This document shows, in pieces, positions 20,364 to 29,797 of a stretch of DNA of 64,000 nt. Made by a program: the position numbers and the translations under genes. The notes beneath the pieces are model-generated. The model saw only the letters and a list, made by a program, of their open reading frames with translations, was not told the origin of the DNA and ran no database searches. The stretch covers positions 160,001 through 224,000 of the forward strand of contig JAIPGM010000002.1 in NCBI GenBank assembly GCA_021735655.1, read 5' to 3'. How positions within the stretch are numbered: the stretch's first letter is position 1; each line of letters opens with the position of its first letter. This DNA is from Candidatus Omnitrophota bacterium. GTDB lineage: Bacteria > Omnitrophota > Gorgyraeia > Duberdicusellales > 4484-171.

Positions 20364-20541
20364 AGAAGTATAGTAACGGGTATTAAAAATTTTTCAAGTA
20401 ATTTTTTAATCAAGCTTGCAGAGTCGAGCTATTTATGGTATGTATAAAGCGGTATGAGTTATCTTTGCTATTTTCGATCTAGACGAGATTAACTTAATCT
20501 ATATAATTTTTTTTTAAAAAATTAACGTTTTATTGAAAATT

Positions 20542-20899
20542 GGGGGTGAACAGGCTTCGACGTAATGGCTAGATGATCGGTTGCATGTCGCGAGGGTAAG
20601 TCTCCCGCGTTAACGGAGCTTACAAAACACAAACGCAACACCTTACGTTGCAACATCTCCTGTTGGCTTAGGCTAAGGAGGGCACCGATATTTTTTGCCT
20701 CAGGAATTATTGGTGCACACTTATGGGGCTAGAATTAGGCTCTTTTGCTTTGAGGGTTTAGTTTGAAACTAATAAAGCTGCTTTTTGGAAGATCCCGCCT
20801 TTTGGAGCTTTCAAGACTAAGATAAATATAAGGCTAAACATGTAGTAACTTTTCGTTGAACCTTTGCGGACCGGGGTTCGATTCCCCGCACCTCCACCA
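20542..20899 (+). ncRNA. ssrA: Transfer-messenger RNA (tmRNA, SsrA)
   Basis: The 5' GGGGGUG pairs with the 3' CACCUCC acceptor strand, including the conserved G3:U70 pair, and ends ..ACCA. The 3' T-arm GGACCGGGGUUCGAUUCCCCG matches the canonical tmRNA tRNA-like domain. Length is about 358 nt. Confidence 0.88.
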
Positions 20900-21041
20900 A
20901 GATAAAGATTTTTTTAAAAGCTTAGTTTAAATCCTACCTTTATAATTTTTTATTTTTAGGTTTAAAGATATTTTTGCAAACTGAAATTTGCTGTGATAAA
21001 ATAGGTCGCGTAGTTAAAATAGTATAAAGAGGAGGTGTTCT

Positions 21042-21356
21042 GTGGCAAAGCAAAACGATACTTTAAAATATATGAAAGAAGAAGTTTGGCCAAAGACAAA
21101 GAAGGAAGTCGAAAGGGGGATAAAGGAAGCAAAAAAAATACTCAACAAGAGTGAAAAATATCTTAAAACTGTCTCTGAAAAGGGGGTTAAGCAAACTAAA
21201 AAAGTTTCCTTAGCTATAAAGAAAGAGAAATTGTATTATGATTTAGGCAAAACTGTTGCTTGCGTCAAGCTTGAGAATTGGTCAAGCAATAAAAAGATTG
21301 AAGCTATTCTTGGAGAAATTAAAGCTTTAGATAGAAAAACTGCTAGAATTAAATAG
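21042..21356 (+). CDS. Hypothetical lysine-rich coiled-coil protein
   Basis: 104 aa, GTG start 7 nt after AAGAGGAGG. No recognisable domain. Confidence 0.45.
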   Translation: MAKQNDTLKYMKEEVWPKTKKEVERGIKEAKKILNKSEKYLKTVSEKGVKQTKKVSLAIKKEKLYYDLGKTVACVKLENWSSNKKIEAILGEIKALDRKTARIK

Positions 21357-21412
21357 CTATCAGCATAATGAATAAATAAATGTAGTTCTACGTCAAAGGG
21401 AGGTTTCGGATC

Positions 21413-21730
21413 ATGGAAGTCACAATTACAACTAATAATTTTGAGAAAGAGGTGCTTAATTCTGCTACGCCGGTTTTACTGGATTTTTGGGCTCCTTGGT
21501 GCGGGCCGTGCAAGATGATTGCTCCCTACTTGGAGGAACTGGCGAAAGAATACTCAGGTAAATTAAAGGTTTGTAAACTAAATGTTGATGAGGCTCCGGC
21601 CTTAGCAACAAAATATTCGATTATGAGCATACCAGCGCTTCTTCTTTTTAAGGGTGGTAAAATAATGGAGAAGCGAGTAGGGGCGATGAGCAAAAAAGAT
21701 CTTGAAAAAATTAGTCAAGCCTATTTGTAA
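21413..21730 (+). CDS. trxA: Thioredoxin
   Basis: 105 aa with the WCGPC active site (WAPWCGPCK). Confidence 0.93.
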   Translation: MEVTITTNNFEKEVLNSATPVLLDFWAPWCGPCKMIAPYLEELAKEYSGKLKVCKLNVDEAPALATKYSIMSIPALLLFKGGKIMEKRVGAMSKKDLEKISQAYL

Positions 21731-21821
21731 TTTTTTTCCTATCCTTGATGAAGCTCAAGCCAATGGCCTAAAGGTTGAGCAAAATCCGCCTAAACAGTAT
21801 AGAAATTTACCTAAATAATGC

Positions 21822-21850
21822 TTGCGAATAAATCGATATCTTGCTATAAT
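21822..21850 (+). promoter_or_regulatory. Candidate promoter for tRNA(CAU) (TTGCGA-17 nt-TATAAT)
   Basis: Hexamers lie 15 nt upstream of the mature tRNA 5' end. Confidence 0.45.
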
Positions 21851-21865
21851 TTTACGACTTTTTGC

Positions 21866-21939
21866 GGGCCCGTAGCTCAGTTGGTTAGAGCAGCCGACTC
21901 ATAATCTGCTGGTCCGGGGTTCGAGTCCCTGCGGGCCCA
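21866..21939 (+). tRNA. tRNA with anticodon CAU, likely tRNA-Ile2 (lysidine, AUA-reading) or elongator tRNA-Met
   Basis: Cloverleaf read by eye: acceptor GGGCCCG/CGGGCCC, D-arm GCTC-AGTTGGTTA-GAGC, anticodon loop CTCATAA, T-arm CGGGG-TTCGAGT-CCCTG. The 3' CCA is not encoded. Confidence 0.85.
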
Positions 21940-21978
21940 TTATTAGGAACGAGGATAGCCGAGAAGGCAAATATCTTT

Positions 21979-22701
21979 ATGAATTTAAAAGAAGAAATTA
22001 GAAAATTAGTGGATTTACAGGAAATCGATTTAGAGATTCATCGTTTAAAAAAAGAAAAAGATATAATAAAACCGGCCTTTTTAAAAGAAATAAAAGATGC
22101 TTTTGAAGAGAGTAAAAAGAATCTTGTCGAATTTGAGGAACAGCTAAAGAATTCACAACTTCAAAAGAAGGATCGAGAGGTAGAGCTTGCTTCCAAAGAA
22201 GAAAGCCTGAGAAAGTCACAAGGCCAGCTTCTTCAGCTAAAAACTAACAAAGAGTATCACGCTAAGCTTACTGAGATTGGTTCTTGTAAGGCTGACATTT
22301 CGGTTGCTGAAGAAGAAGTAATAAAAATTCTTGACGAAATAGAGTCAAAAAAAGATAAACTGGACCAAGCTAAAAAAGTCCTAGCTGAAGAAGAATCTAA
22401 ATTTAAACAAAACGAGAAAAAAATAATCGAGGAAATCAAGGAAGTGGAAACTGAACTCCTCACTTTAGAAAATAAACGCAGAGTTATTGTTAATGAGATC
22501 GATAAAAATATTGTAAGTCGCTATGAGAGTTTGCTTAAAACCCGTAATGGTTCGGCTATCGTTGCGGTTAAAAGTAACAGTTGCAGTGCTTGTTACCTCT
22601 CACTTACTCATCAAAAAGTTAATGCGATAAAAATGTATGAAGATTTAGTTTCTTGTGAGAGTTGTGTAAGGTTACTGTACTTGCCCGAGGATATATTTTA
22701 A
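21979..22701 (+). CDS. Coiled-coil protein with C-terminal C4 zinc ribbon (COG1579 / DUF164 family)
   Basis: 240 aa, long heptad-rich region, C-terminal CSACYLSL...CESC zinc-ribbon pattern. Confidence 0.7.
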   Translation: MNLKEEIRKLVDLQEIDLEIHRLKKEKDIIKPAFLKEIKDAFEESKKNLVEFEEQLKNSQLQKKDREVELASKEESLRKSQGQLLQLKTNKEYHAKLTEIGSCKADISVAEEEVIKILDEIESKKDKLDQAKKVLAEEESKFKQNEKKIIEEIKEVETELLTLENKRRVIVNEIDKNIVSRYESLLKTRNGSAIVAVKSNSCSACYLSLTHQKVNAIKMYEDLVSCESCVRLLYLPEDIF

Positions 22702-23094
22702 ATGATAGTTTATGTTGATGGCGCTTCAGTTGGCAATCCCGGAAAAAGTGGGATTGGTTATTTAATCTATAAGGATGGCAAGTGTATAAAAAAAGAAAGT
22801 ATTTATTTGGGTATCCAGTCAAACAATTTTGCTGAATACATGGCTTTAATTTTTTCTTTGACTGATCTTGTTGATATGAAGGCGAGTGAAGTCCAGGTAT
22901 TTTCAGATAGTAAATTAGTTTGCGAGCAAATCAAGGGTAATTTTAAAGTAAAGAATCAGAATATTTATTCGCTCTATGTTTTAGCTAAAAATTTAATCGA
23001 AAAACTTGATAAATTTACGATTACTCACATTGATAGAGAAAAAAACCATGAGGCCGATAAGCTAGCAAAGAAAGCAACCGGATTTTTGGTATGA
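22702..23094 (+). CDS. rnhA: Ribonuclease HI
   Basis: 130 aa. N-terminal DGAS(V)GNPG, E in AEYMAL, HxxREKNxxADxLA at the C-terminus (RNase H catalytic DEDD pattern). Its ATG directly abuts the TAA of the upstream gene. Confidence 0.75.
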   Translation: MIVYVDGASVGNPGKSGIGYLIYKDGKCIKKESIYLGIQSNNFAEYMALIFSLTDLVDMKASEVQVFSDSKLVCEQIKGNFKVKNQNIYSLYVLAKNLIEKLDKFTITHIDREKNHEADKLAKKATGFLV

Positions 23095-23109
23095 TTGTAA
23101 AAAAGGTTT

Positions 23110-23167
23110 GTCCGGCCGCCTGTATATCGGGAAAATTTCTACGATATTTTCCCGAAGCGGCTCGGAC
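23110..23167 (+). promoter_or_regulatory. Nested stem-loop between rnhA and yebC (possible weak terminator or regulatory RNA structure)
   Basis: Outer stem GTCCGGCCGC / GCGGCTCGGAC, inner stem TCGGGAAAAT / ATTTTCCCGA. Only a weak U-tract follows. Confidence 0.4.
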
Positions 23168-23178
23168 ATAATTCGTTA

Positions 23179-23197
23179 TTGACATCTTTGATGTCAA
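23179..23197. promoter_or_regulatory. Perfect 8-3-8 palindrome TTGACATC-TTT-GATGTCAA upstream of yebC (candidate operator or -35 element)
   Basis: Perfect inverted repeat ending about 22 nt upstream of the yebC start and about 10 nt before the RBS. Confidence 0.4.
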
Positions 23198-23218
23198 TAA
23201 CTCATTTAGGAGGTAATA

Positions 23219-23974
23219 ATGAGTGGTCATTCAAAATGGGCGAGTATAAAACATAAAAAAGGTGCTGCCGATGCAAAAAGGGGCCGCCTTTTTACTAAAT
23301 TCATAAGAGAAATTACAGTTGCCGCTAAAGCCGGCGGTGGAAGCGTTGATACTAATCCAAGATTGCGAACCGCAATTGGTAGGGCTCAGGCTGCCAATAT
23401 GCCTAAGGATAATATCGAGAAGGCAATTAAAAAGGGTACTGGTGAATTACCGGGTGTAACTTATGAAAGCTGTACTTTTGAAGGTTACGGTCCAGGCGGT
23501 GTGGCCATAATTGTTGATACACTTACCGACAACAAAAACCGAACTTCAGCCGAGGTGCGAAATATTTTTACTAAACGTGGTGCGAATATGGCTGGGGCTG
23601 GTAGTGTAGCTTGGATTTTTACGGCTAAAGGTTATGCTGAAATCGACAAAAGCGTAACCACTGAAGATGAACTATTTTCGATATGTATCGACGCCGGCGC
23701 AGAAGATATCAAGGCTGGCGATAAAAGCTTTGAGGTTTTTTGTGACCCTAAGGATTTCGAAAATGTAAAGGCTGCTCTCGAGGCTAAGAATATTAATATC
23801 GATACAGCTGATTTGACTAAGGTGCCTAACTCTACAGTAAAAATTGGCGGGCCGGAGGCTAAACAGCTTCTTTCCTTGATTGAAACTTTGGAGGACCACG
23901 ACGATGTCCAGAAAGTCTATGCTAATTTTGATATTCCCGATGAAGTTTTAGAGAAGATAGCTCAGGAGATTTAG
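23219..23974 (+). CDS. yebC: YebC/PmpR family DNA-binding transcriptional regulator
   Basis: 251 aa. N-terminus MSGHSKWASIKHKKG is characteristic. Confidence 0.9.
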   Translation: MSGHSKWASIKHKKGAADAKRGRLFTKFIREITVAAKAGGGSVDTNPRLRTAIGRAQAANMPKDNIEKAIKKGTGELPGVTYESCTFEGYGPGGVAIIVDTLTDNKNRTSAEVRNIFTKRGANMAGAGSVAWIFTAKGYAEIDKSVTTEDELFSICIDAGAEDIKAGDKSFEVFCDPKDFENVKAALEAKNINIDTADLTKVPNSTVKIGGPEAKQLLSLIETLEDHDDVQKVYANFDIPDEVLEKIAQEI

Positions 23975-23975
23975 G

Positions 23976-24482
23976 TTGATAGTCTTGGGCGTTGATGTGG
24001 GCTTGCGAGTTTGTGGATATGTTCTTTGTCAAGTTAAAGGCCTAGAGGTTGAATTGCTAAAGGAAGGTCAGATAAAGCCTAACCCCAAAGAAGCCTTGCC
24101 GGATAAATTAGGTTATATTTATCGAGAGCTGTTTAAAGAAGCAACTCAACACAAACCAAAAGCAATAGTAGTTGAAAAGCTCTATTCTCATTACCGACAT
24201 CCAACTACCTTAGGAGTTTTAGCCCAGGTACGGGGTATAGTAGCTCTTTTTGCTAATCAAGAGGGCTTAGGTTTTTTTGAATATTCACCAACACGAGCCC
24301 GAAAAGCATTCTTAGGTAAGGGGAACGCTAACTCACGGCAAGTACGAAAGATGGCTGAAAACATTACCGGAAAAAACTTTATCTCCGACCATACTGCTGA
24401 TGCTTTTTCTTTGGTGGTTGCGTTTTCTCATGCTCAGAAGTTAGAGAGTCTCGTTAACGGTTCACGTCTTAAGTCAAGCTAG
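23976..24482 (+). CDS. ruvC: Holliday junction resolvase RuvC
   Basis: 168 aa, N-terminal LGVDVGL.. RNase H-like fold with catalytic acidic residues. Confidence 0.85.
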   Translation: MIVLGVDVGLRVCGYVLCQVKGLEVELLKEGQIKPNPKEALPDKLGYIYRELFKEATQHKPKAIVVEKLYSHYRHPTTLGVLAQVRGIVALFANQEGLGFFEYSPTRARKAFLGKGNANSRQVRKMAENITGKNFISDHTADAFSLVVAFSHAQKLESLVNGSRLKSS

Positions 24483-24489
24483 AATACTT

Positions 24490-25101
24490 ATGATTTATAA
24501 GATCAGAGGCCAATTAATAAAGAAAGAAGATAATAGGGCTATTATTGATGTTAGCGGTATTTTTTATGAAATAAATATACCGAAAACCGTATTTAATCGT
24601 CTTAAGCCAGATGAAAATAATTTTGTAGAGTTGATTACCTATCAGTACTTAACTATTGATGGCAATCGTGGCATTCCGGCTATGGTTGGGTTTATTGATG
24701 AATTAGAAAAAGATTTTTTCGAAAAGTTTATTAGTGTTTCTGGAGTGGGCCCTAAGGCAGCCCTTCGTGCCCTTGATCAGCCGATATCAACCATTGCTCA
24801 GGCAATTGAAAAAGGAGATTTAACTTTTCTGGTTGGGTTGGTAGGTATTGGGAACCAACGGGCTAAGCAGATAGTTGCTCATCTTCAAGGTAAGGTTGGT
24901 CGGTTTGCTTTAATTCGCGATGAAGGGCAGGCTAGCGGACCAGAGAAAAATGAAGTTGTTGAAGAGGCTAAGCAGATACTAAGGCGTTTACAATACAGCA
25001 ATAAAGAAGTAGAAGCAATGATCAAAAAAGCAATTGAAGCTAAACCTTCAATTGACAGCAGCGAAGAGCTGCTTAATGAAATCTATCGCCAAAAGAAATA
25101 A
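24490..25101 (+). CDS. ruvA: Holliday junction branch-migration protein RuvA
   Basis: 203 aa. OB-fold N-terminus, HhH motifs (VSGVGPKAALRAL; VGIGNQRAKQIV), C-terminal RuvB-interaction domain. Confidence 0.9.
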   Translation: MIYKIRGQLIKKEDNRAIIDVSGIFYEINIPKTVFNRLKPDENNFVELITYQYLTIDGNRGIPAMVGFIDELEKDFFEKFISVSGVGPKAALRALDQPISTIAQAIEKGDLTFLVGLVGIGNQRAKQIVAHLQGKVGRFALIRDEGQASGPEKNEVVEEAKQILRRLQYSNKEVEAMIKKAIEAKPSIDSSEELLNEIYRQKK

Positions 25102-25105
25102 ACTT

Positions 25106-25714
25106 ATGGATAAGCAGAAAGTAAAATCAATTATTGAGTCTTTGCTTTTTATTAATGAACGGCCAATCGAAATGAATGAGTTACTTCAAGTAGTTGAGGC
25201 AACCAAGAAAGAGGTCGAATTGGCCTTAGATGAACTTAAAGAAGAGTATGCTCAGCGTCAGAGTGGCATATGTATTGTTAAGGTTGCTGGAGGCTATCAG
25301 ATGTGTTCTTGTCCGGAGAATGAAACTTGGGTTAAAAAAATGTACCAGGAGCGGACAAAGCAAAAACTTTCAGTGGCTTCCTTGGAAACTCTAGCCATTA
25401 TTGCTTATAAGCAGCCAATTACTCGTGTTGAAGTTGAGGCTATTCGTGGAGTTAATGTTGATGGTGTAGCCAAGAAGCTTACCGATAGCGGATTAATTAA
25501 AATTGGCGGTCGCAAAGATGTGGTTGGCAGGCCCTTTCTTTATATTACTACTCGGAAATTTTTAGAATACTTTGGAATTAACAGTTTAAAAGATCTACCG
25601 AAATTAGAAGATTTTGTTGCCTTAGCCGGTAAAGATACGGCAATTGTTGAAGATAAGGAAAAAGTTGAAAGTAATAACGAGGTTTCAGAGCCGATAGTCG
25701 ATCCTGCAAATTAA
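25106..25714 (+). CDS. scpB: SMC-Scp complex subunit ScpB
   Basis: Start trimmed to MDKQK just after the ruvA stop. [10 protein letters not shown] and winged-helix repeats (GGYQM..) are typical of ScpB. Confidence 0.75.
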   Translation: MDKQKVKSIIESLLFINERPIEMNELLQVVEATKKEVELALDELKEEYAQRQSGICIVKVAGGYQMCSCPENETWVKKMYQERTKQKLSVASLETLAIIAYKQPITRVEVEAIRGVNVDGVAKKLTDSGLIKIGGRKDVVGRPFLYITTRKFLEYFGINSLKDLPKLEDFVALAGKDTAIVEDKEKVESNNEVSEPIVDPAN

Positions 25715-25728
25715 AGGAGAAAAGAGAA

Positions 25729-26865
25729 ATGAAAAGTTATTTTGCATCTGAATCAGTGACCGAGGGGCACCCGGATAAAGTTTGCGATCAAATATCCGAT
25801 ACGGTATTGGATGCGGTTTTATCTAACGATCCTAATGGTAGAGTTGCTTGCGAAGCATTAGTAACTAGAGGATTTGTAATGGTAGCCGGAGAAATTACCA
25901 CTGACTGTTATGTCGGCGTTCCAAAGTTAGTTAGAAATTTACTAAAAGATATTGGTTATGATGATCCAGCGGTAGGCTTTGATTATGAGAGTTGCGGGGT
26001 AGTAACTGCAATTCAGGAACAGTCACCAGATATTGCCTTAGGGGTTGATACCGGCGGTGCCGGCGATCAAGGGTTAATGTTTGGGTTTGCAAATTCTGAA
26101 ACACCAGAGTTAATGCCGTTACCGATTATGCTCTCGCATAAGTTGGTGCGGAGACTTTCAGAGTTACGTAAAGACGGACTTCTGCGTTACTTACGACCAG
26201 ATGGAAAGTCTCAAGTTTCAATAGAGTATGATAAAGGTGTACCTAAAAGAGTAGATGCTATTGTTATTGGTGCGCATCACACTAAGGATGTAAAAACTGA
26301 AGACCTTAGAGCTGATATTAAAAAGCTAGTAATTGACCACATAGTTCCTAAAGATATGATTGATAATGACTCAAAGATTTTTATTAATGGTACTGGTAGG
26401 TTTGAAGTTGGCGGTCCAGTTTCTGATACTGGTGTTACTGGCCGAAAAATTATCGTTGACACTTATGGTGGGTTTGCCCGTCATGGCGGAGGTGCTTTTT
26501 CAGGAAAGGATCCGACGAAAGTAGATAGATCTGCTTCTTATATGTCTCGATATATTGCTAAAAATATTGTTAAGGCTGGCATTGCTTCGGCATGTGAAGT
26601 TCAGCTTTCTTATTGTATCGGTATTGCTGAGCCGGTATCGGTAAATGTAAATACTTTCGGAACCTCACAGGTTGATGATAAGAAAATTGCCAAGGGAGTT
26701 AGAGAGGTATTCAAGCTTACTCCGGGTGGGATTATTGATGAGTTAAAGCTGCTTCGACCAATTTACACTAAAACTGCCGCTTACGGTCATTTTGGAAGAG
26801 AGGGAGAGGGTTTTACTTGGGAAAACACCGATAGAGTTGACGATCTAAAGCGGGTGGTAAAATGA
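25729..26865 (+). CDS. metK: S-adenosylmethionine synthase
   Basis: 378 aa with [28 protein letters not shown] and [10 protein letters not shown] motifs. Confidence 0.93.
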   Translation: MKSYFASESVTEGHPDKVCDQISDTVLDAVLSNDPNGRVACEALVTRGFVMVAGEITTDCYVGVPKLVRNLLKDIGYDDPAVGFDYESCGVVTAIQEQSPDIALGVDTGGAGDQGLMFGFANSETPELMPLPIMLSHKLVRRLSELRKDGLLRYLRPDGKSQVSIEYDKGVPKRVDAIVIGAHHTKDVKTEDLRADIKKLVIDHIVPKDMIDNDSKIFINGTGRFEVGGPVSDTGVTGRKIIVDTYGGFARHGGGAFSGKDPTKVDRSASYMSRYIAKNIVKAGIASACEVQLSYCIGIAEPVSVNVNTFGTSQVDDKKIAKGVREVFKLTPGGIIDELKLLRPIYTKTAAYGHFGREGEGFTWENTDRVDDLKRVVK

Positions 26866-28127
26866 ACTACGATGTAAAGGATAAAAAATTAGCCTCCGAA
26901 GGTAAGAAAAGAATTGAATGGGCTATTCAAAGAATGCCGGTTTTAGAACAAATACGCCGACGGTTTTCTAAAGAGAAAACTCTTAAAGGTTTAACTATTG
27001 GTGCTTGCCTGCATATAACTACCGAGACTGCGGCTTTAGCAGTTACCCTAAAGGCTGCCGGAGCTCGAGCTTTGTTTTGCGCCTCGAATCCTTTATCGAC
27101 CCAGGATGATACCGCGGCTTCCTTGGTTTTTGATTATGGAATAGAGGTATTTGCAATTAACGCCGAAGATACAAAGACTTATTATAGCCATATTAATTCA
27201 GTCTTAGCGGCTAAACCTCAGATTACTCTTGATGACGGGGCAGATTTAGTTTCAACGATTCATAAACGGGCGGCTAGCTCTAAAAAAATAGACTACTTGC
27301 CTTGGGCAAGTACCGAAGAGACGACCACCGGGGTAATTCGTTTAAAGGCCTTGGAGAAAGAGGGTCGGTTGCTTTATCCAGTGGTTGCCGTTAATGATGC
27401 CTATACTAAACATTTATTTGATAATCGTTACGGAACTGGACAATCAACCATTGACGGGATAATTCGAGCCACTAACAAATTAATTGCTGGGACAACTCTA
27501 GTTGTTTGTGGCTATGGTTGGTGTGGAAAAGGTGCTGCCCAACGTGCTCGTGGTTTGGGAGCAAGAGTGGTTGTTTGTGAGGTAGACCACCTAAAGGCGC
27601 TTGAAGCAGTTATGGATGGTTTTTCAGTGATGCCGATGAAAGAAGCTGCAAAGATTGGCAATATATTTATTACGGTAACTGGAGATATAAATGTTATTGC
27701 TCGCGATCATTTTCCTTTAATGCAAGATGCGACTTTAGTTTGTAATTCTGGTCATTTTGATGTGGAGATTGAGATTAAAGCTCTTGCTAAAATGGCAGTT
27801 AAGCAAAGAGAAGCCAAACCTTTAGTGCGCGAATTTACCCTTAAAAATGGAAAGCGAATCTATCTTTTGGGAGAAGGTCGGCTAGTAAACCTTGCTTGTG
27901 CCGAAGGACATCCGGCTGAAGTTATGGACTTAAGTTTTGCGAACCAGGCTTTAAGCTGTGAATTTATCGCAAAAAATAAAGGTAAACTTAAAAAACAAGT
28001 TTATAAAGTTCCTGATAGAATAGATTTAAAAGTTGCTGAGCTTAAATTAAAGTCAATGGGCATAAAAATTGATAAGTTGACTAAAGAACAAAAAGCCTAT
28101 TTGAGTGCTTGGCAAGAAGGAACCTAA
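26862..28127 (+). CDS. ahcY: Adenosylhomocysteinase
   Basis: 421 aa with a Rossmann NAD-binding GYGWCGKG motif and typical AHCY pattern. Its start overlaps the metK stop. Confidence 0.85.
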   Translation: MNYDVKDKKLASEGKKRIEWAIQRMPVLEQIRRRFSKEKTLKGLTIGACLHITTETAALAVTLKAAGARALFCASNPLSTQDDTAASLVFDYGIEVFAINAEDTKTYYSHINSVLAAKPQITLDDGADLVSTIHKRAASSKKIDYLPWASTEETTTGVIRLKALEKEGRLLYPVVAVNDAYTKHLFDNRYGTGQSTIDGIIRATNKLIAGTTLVVCGYGWCGKGAAQRARGLGARVVVCEVDHLKALEAVMDGFSVMPMKEAAKIGNIFITVTGDINVIARDHFPLMQDATLVCNSGHFDVEIEIKALAKMAVKQREAKPLVREFTLKNGKRIYLLGEGRLVNLACAEGHPAEVMDLSFANQALSCEFIAKNKGKLKKQVYKVPDRIDLKVAELKLKSMGIKIDKLTKEQKAYLSAWQEGT

Positions 28128-28141
28128 AGCAGGAGGCACTT

Positions 28142-29797
28142 ATGCGCTATCTGGTTGGTTTTATTCTGTTTTCGTTTGTTTTGATTCCGGTGGGGTTTTG
28201 TCAGCAAGTAGTTAATTCTGAAATTACTGAAGTGGTTACTTTTTCCGACCAAGCCCTAGTTACTCGTCAAGCTGAAACTAATGTTATTAAAGGGTTAAAC
28301 GAGCTGCAAATTGACGTTGACGCTTATCAGGTAGATTCGGATTCAATTCAGTTGAGTATTTACGGAAAAGGGGAGATTAACAGTGTTCAGCTTAGGCAAA
28401 TTTATTTAAAAATCGAGCCTCAGGAAAAAGTAAATATTTTAACCAAAAAGCTTGAAGATTTAAATGATAAAAAATTATCCTGGCTTAAGGAAAGTGATGT
28501 TCTAGGCAAGCAAGAGAAGTTTTTAAACTCATTGATTGATTTTGCTCAAACCCAAGTTCCGGAAGACATAAAAACAAGCTTTCCTAATTCTAAGGATTTA
28601 AAAGAGGCGCTTAGCTTTTTATCTGATGGTTATAGTGAAATTAATCAGCGGGCGATAGTTTTGGCTCAAGAGTTAAGGGAGTTAGAAAAAGAGATAAAGG
28701 TTGTTGAAAAAGAATTAGCTTCTTTGCGTCGGCCAAATCAAAAAACCAAGAAAGTTATTGAAGTTGCGTTTAATAGTCTCGTAAATCAAAAAATAACTAT
28801 TGATGCAACCTATCTAGTTCAAGGTGCCTACTGGCAGCCATTTTATAAGGTAAATGTGCCGCTTGAGTTAAAAAAGATAAACTTAACGATGTTTTCACAA
28901 ATTATACAGAAGACCGGCGAAGATTGGAAAGATGTAAAGTTGGCAATTTCGAATGTTATGCCGCTTAAAGGATCTGATATTCCTTCATTAGGCAGTTGGT
29001 TACTTGATCTAACGTCCTATAAGAAGCAGGATGTGCTTAGTCTAGCAAGGACAACTAATTTTCAATTTGAGGGACTTGCAGAGAAAGGTTTTGCTGGCGA
29101 TGAAATGGGTGCCGCTCCTTATGAAAGAGAAGAGGAAGCTAAATTTGTTCAAGCGGTTCAAAAAGAGCTGCCACTTTCTTTTGAGTATCAGCTTCCGCAA
29201 AAGGTTTCGATTGATTCACAGAACAAAGAAACTACTTTGCCGCTTTTTTCAAAAACGCTTAAGGGTGATTTTTTTCATTATTCTGTACCCAAAGTTTCTT
29301 CTTTAGTTTTTCTGACCAGTCGTATTACTCCTGACAAGGAGCTCTTGCCGGGATTGTTAAATGTTTATTTTGCCGGAAGATTTGTTGGAAAGACTCAATT
29401 GGCTGAGAAAAAAGCCGGAGAGAAATTTGATATTAATCTTGGGGCAGACCGTCAGGTAATCGTAAAGCGCGAAAAGTTAAAGGATAAAATCCAAGAAACT
29501 TTTTTTAAAAAAATTCAGCGACAAACAATCATCCGTAACCTAGCCTTTAAAATAACTGTCGAAAACAGAAAAGATAAGGCAGTTAAGCTGCATTTAGTTG
29601 ATGCAATCCCAGTATCAAAGACTGATCGGATAGAAGTAAAGGATATTAAGATTTCACTTAAGCCAAATAAAGAAAACTATCAAGATCAAGAAGGGCTTAA
29701 ATTGTGGATTATTGATCTTAAACCGGGCGAGAAAAAGGATATTGATATAGATTTTACCGTGACTTATCCTAAGGATGCCCCAGTTAGTGGATTATGA
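28142..29797 (+). CDS. Secreted DUF4139-family protein (mucoidy-inhibitor MuiA-like), function unknown
   Basis: Start trimmed to the ATG after AGGAGG. Signal peptide MRYLVGFILFSFVLIPVGFC, then a coiled-coil segment and a C-terminal beta-rich domain. The family assignment is from memory and tentative. Confidence 0.5.
   Translation: MRYLVGFILFSFVLIPVGFCQQVVNSEITEVVTFSDQALVTRQAETNVIKGLNELQIDVDAYQVDSDSIQLSIYGKGEINSVQLRQIYLKIEPQEKVNILTKKLEDLNDKKLSWLKESDVLGKQEKFLNSLIDFAQTQVPEDIKTSFPNSKDLKEALSFLSDGYSEINQRAIVLAQELRELEKEIKVVEKELASLRRPNQKTKKVIEVAFNSLVNQKITIDATYLVQGAYWQPFYKVNVPLELKKINLTMFSQIIQKTGEDWKDVKLAISNVMPLKGSDIPSLGSWLLDLTSYKKQDVLSLARTTNFQFEGLAEKGFAGDEMGAAPYEREEEAKFVQAVQKELPLSFEYQLPQKVSIDSQNKETTLPLFSKTLKGDFFHYSVPKVSSLVFLTSRITPDKELLPGLLNVYFAGRFVGKTQLAEKKAGEKFDINLGADRQVIVKREKLKDKIQETFFKKIQRQTIIRNLAFKITVENRKDKAVKLHLVDAIPVSKTDRIEVKDIKISLKPNKENYQDQEGLKLWIIDLKPGEKKDIDIDFTVTYPKDAPVSGL

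Noticed and set aside
20364-20541. Possible small ORF or second ncRNA between the ppiD-like gene start and ssrA
   Set aside because: No open frame longer than 40 codons and no convincing secondary structure beyond AT-rich promoter-like sequence. It is most simply the divergent promoter region for ppiD and ssrA.
25034-25105. N-terminal 24-aa extension of scpB overlapping the ruvA 3' end
   Set aside because: The conserved ScpB N-terminus begins at [15 protein letters not shown] (ATG 25106), directly after the ruvA stop. The upstream extension would overlap ruvA in another frame and lacks homology.
29067-29306. 79-aa basic ORF inside the DUF4139 gene
   Set aside because: Alternative-frame ORF within a longer CDS. 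Its lysine and arginine richness is a frame artefact of AT-rich sequence.
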